From Lepidodermella squamata (lineage: Eukaryota > Animalia > Gastrotricha), in contig JBLDXI010000001.1 in NCBI GenBank assembly GCA_047495785.1, positions 2,604,001 to 2,668,000 of the forward strand: DNA of 64,000 nt. The letters are read 5' to 3'. Position numbers and translations under genes: made by a program. Positions 62,761 to 64,000 of the stretch are shown piece by piece; the first letter of the stretch is position 1, and each line of letters opens with the position of its first letter. The notes under the pieces are model-generated. The model ran no database searches. It had not been told where the DNA came from and saw only the letters and a list, made by a program, of their open reading frames with translations.

Positions 62761-64000
62761 TGCATTTAGAGCTTCGCTTCGACTGAGGAAATTGAGTCAC
62801 CGGTGTCGTCCGTGTAGATAAAAATACCGCAGTCAGCAGGATCAGTTACCAGACTCAACAGTTCGATCAAGTAAATCTTAAATGGTAAACAGAAGAGAGG
62901 AGAGGCCCCAGAAGAATTCTTTGTGGGCGTCTCATTGCACAGTCTTCTGGTTATCTTTTGACCTTGGAAAAGCATGCGGAAAAAATCATGAGTAAGTAGC
63001 AAATTTTTAGTTGAGTTTATAACTACAATTATATTTTGTTATATATTTTGAATAAATAATGTTTAGCGAAAAAATTCAAACTTCGAAAACCCGCGCGCTT
63101 AAAAGGGTATTCGGAGGACCTATAGCAGCTGTGGGGGTTTTTCTCTTAAGCTTTTGAGAACCTAAGACTGTGACCTGCTCTCATCACGAAGACGTTAGCT
63201 TCTAGCCTTTAGAAGCATGGCGAAATGTCACGTTATATGCCACGATTTCTAGCCCTGAAAGATCGGTTGCCACTGATGTGGTTTTGTTAATGTCAACATT
63301 GAAGATTGCGGAATTATTTTTTGACTCAAGACTCAAGATAAAGATAGAATTTGATCTTTGATCTTTAAGCTGTTGTTCGTCTCTGCTAGTTTTATATTCC
63401 CCAGTATCCAGCTTCTCAGCTCTGGGCAGTTTCCTTTTGTCTGTGATTTTATTCACAAGTCGGAGTCGGATGAAAGAATCTCTAAGAACGTTTCTACGGT
63501 ATTACTTCGTAAGTCTTTTTTGTGTTTATCTCTCACTCTTTTCATTTCTATTATTTTCTCCTGTTTTTCACTCTTATAACGATAATTAAGTGCTGCTGCA
63601 CGTTTTACATCTTGTCTTCTAGACTTGAATCTTCGAATGTTGTTAGCATTGCGATCTTTCCGTGTGCCATGCGGTGGTTTTAATCGCATCTGGGCTACCC
63701 CACTGTCTTCGTCGGCTGTTAAGTGTGCACCGCCGAAGTTTCGAAATATCGAGAAAATCACTGGTGACGGCGAAGCTACAAATGAGTTTCCCGAATTGAA
63801 GTTTCTTGCTAAAGACTCGAAGCTTGAGAAATTGCGGTTAAAGGATAATGTATCAGCTGATAATATCCTGATTTATCGTGCCCCCAACGGCACCCGCCTC
63901 GTCGCTACCTACTTGTCAGTGCAAGTTCTTGGTTTGCTATTGCTAGGACTGTGTGGGCATTATGTCTATGTTCATTCGGCTGATCTGCTGTCGTCATTCG

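Noticed and set aside
63202-63761. Two overlapping Lys/Arg-rich minus-strand ORFs
   Set aside because: No recognisable domain or gene structure; repeat-rich region at the window edge.

Overview
Gene-dense window from a compact-genome invertebrate animal (most introns 50-60 nt); the taxon cannot be identified from sequence alone. I reconstructed spliced genes by hand. In order: two tandem GPI-type cysteine-rich (EB-like) surface proteins, two tandem M13 neprilysin/ECE peptidases, UBE3A head-to-head with CAPZB, GTPBP6, a basonuclin/disco zinc-finger gene, an uncharacterised coiled-coil gene head-to-head with SSR1, INTS12, MED18, a third EB-like paralog, a Ly6/uPAR (quiver-like) gene, CHTF18 (apparent frameshift) and LENG8. 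Mobile DNA includes a 3-copy MITE, a foldback MITE, a MULE derivative with a 9-bp TSD, P-like remnants, a decayed LINE and a tRNA-derived SINE with an 11-bp TSD. Main signals absent from the ORF track: (1) a repeated junction, AATAAA then 38-42 nt then an AG acceptor then the next gene's ATG, between co-oriented housekeeping genes, which suggests operons resolved by SL trans-splicing; (2) two paralogous H/ACA snoRNAs in SSR1 introns with guide pockets matching SNORA21/snR10 targets in 28S rRNA; (3) an orphan N-terminal/TM exon in frame with either neprilysin paralog; (4) a shared, possibly unclassified Cys-rich module in three secreted or GPI proteins. Family assignments come from recalled motifs, not database searches.
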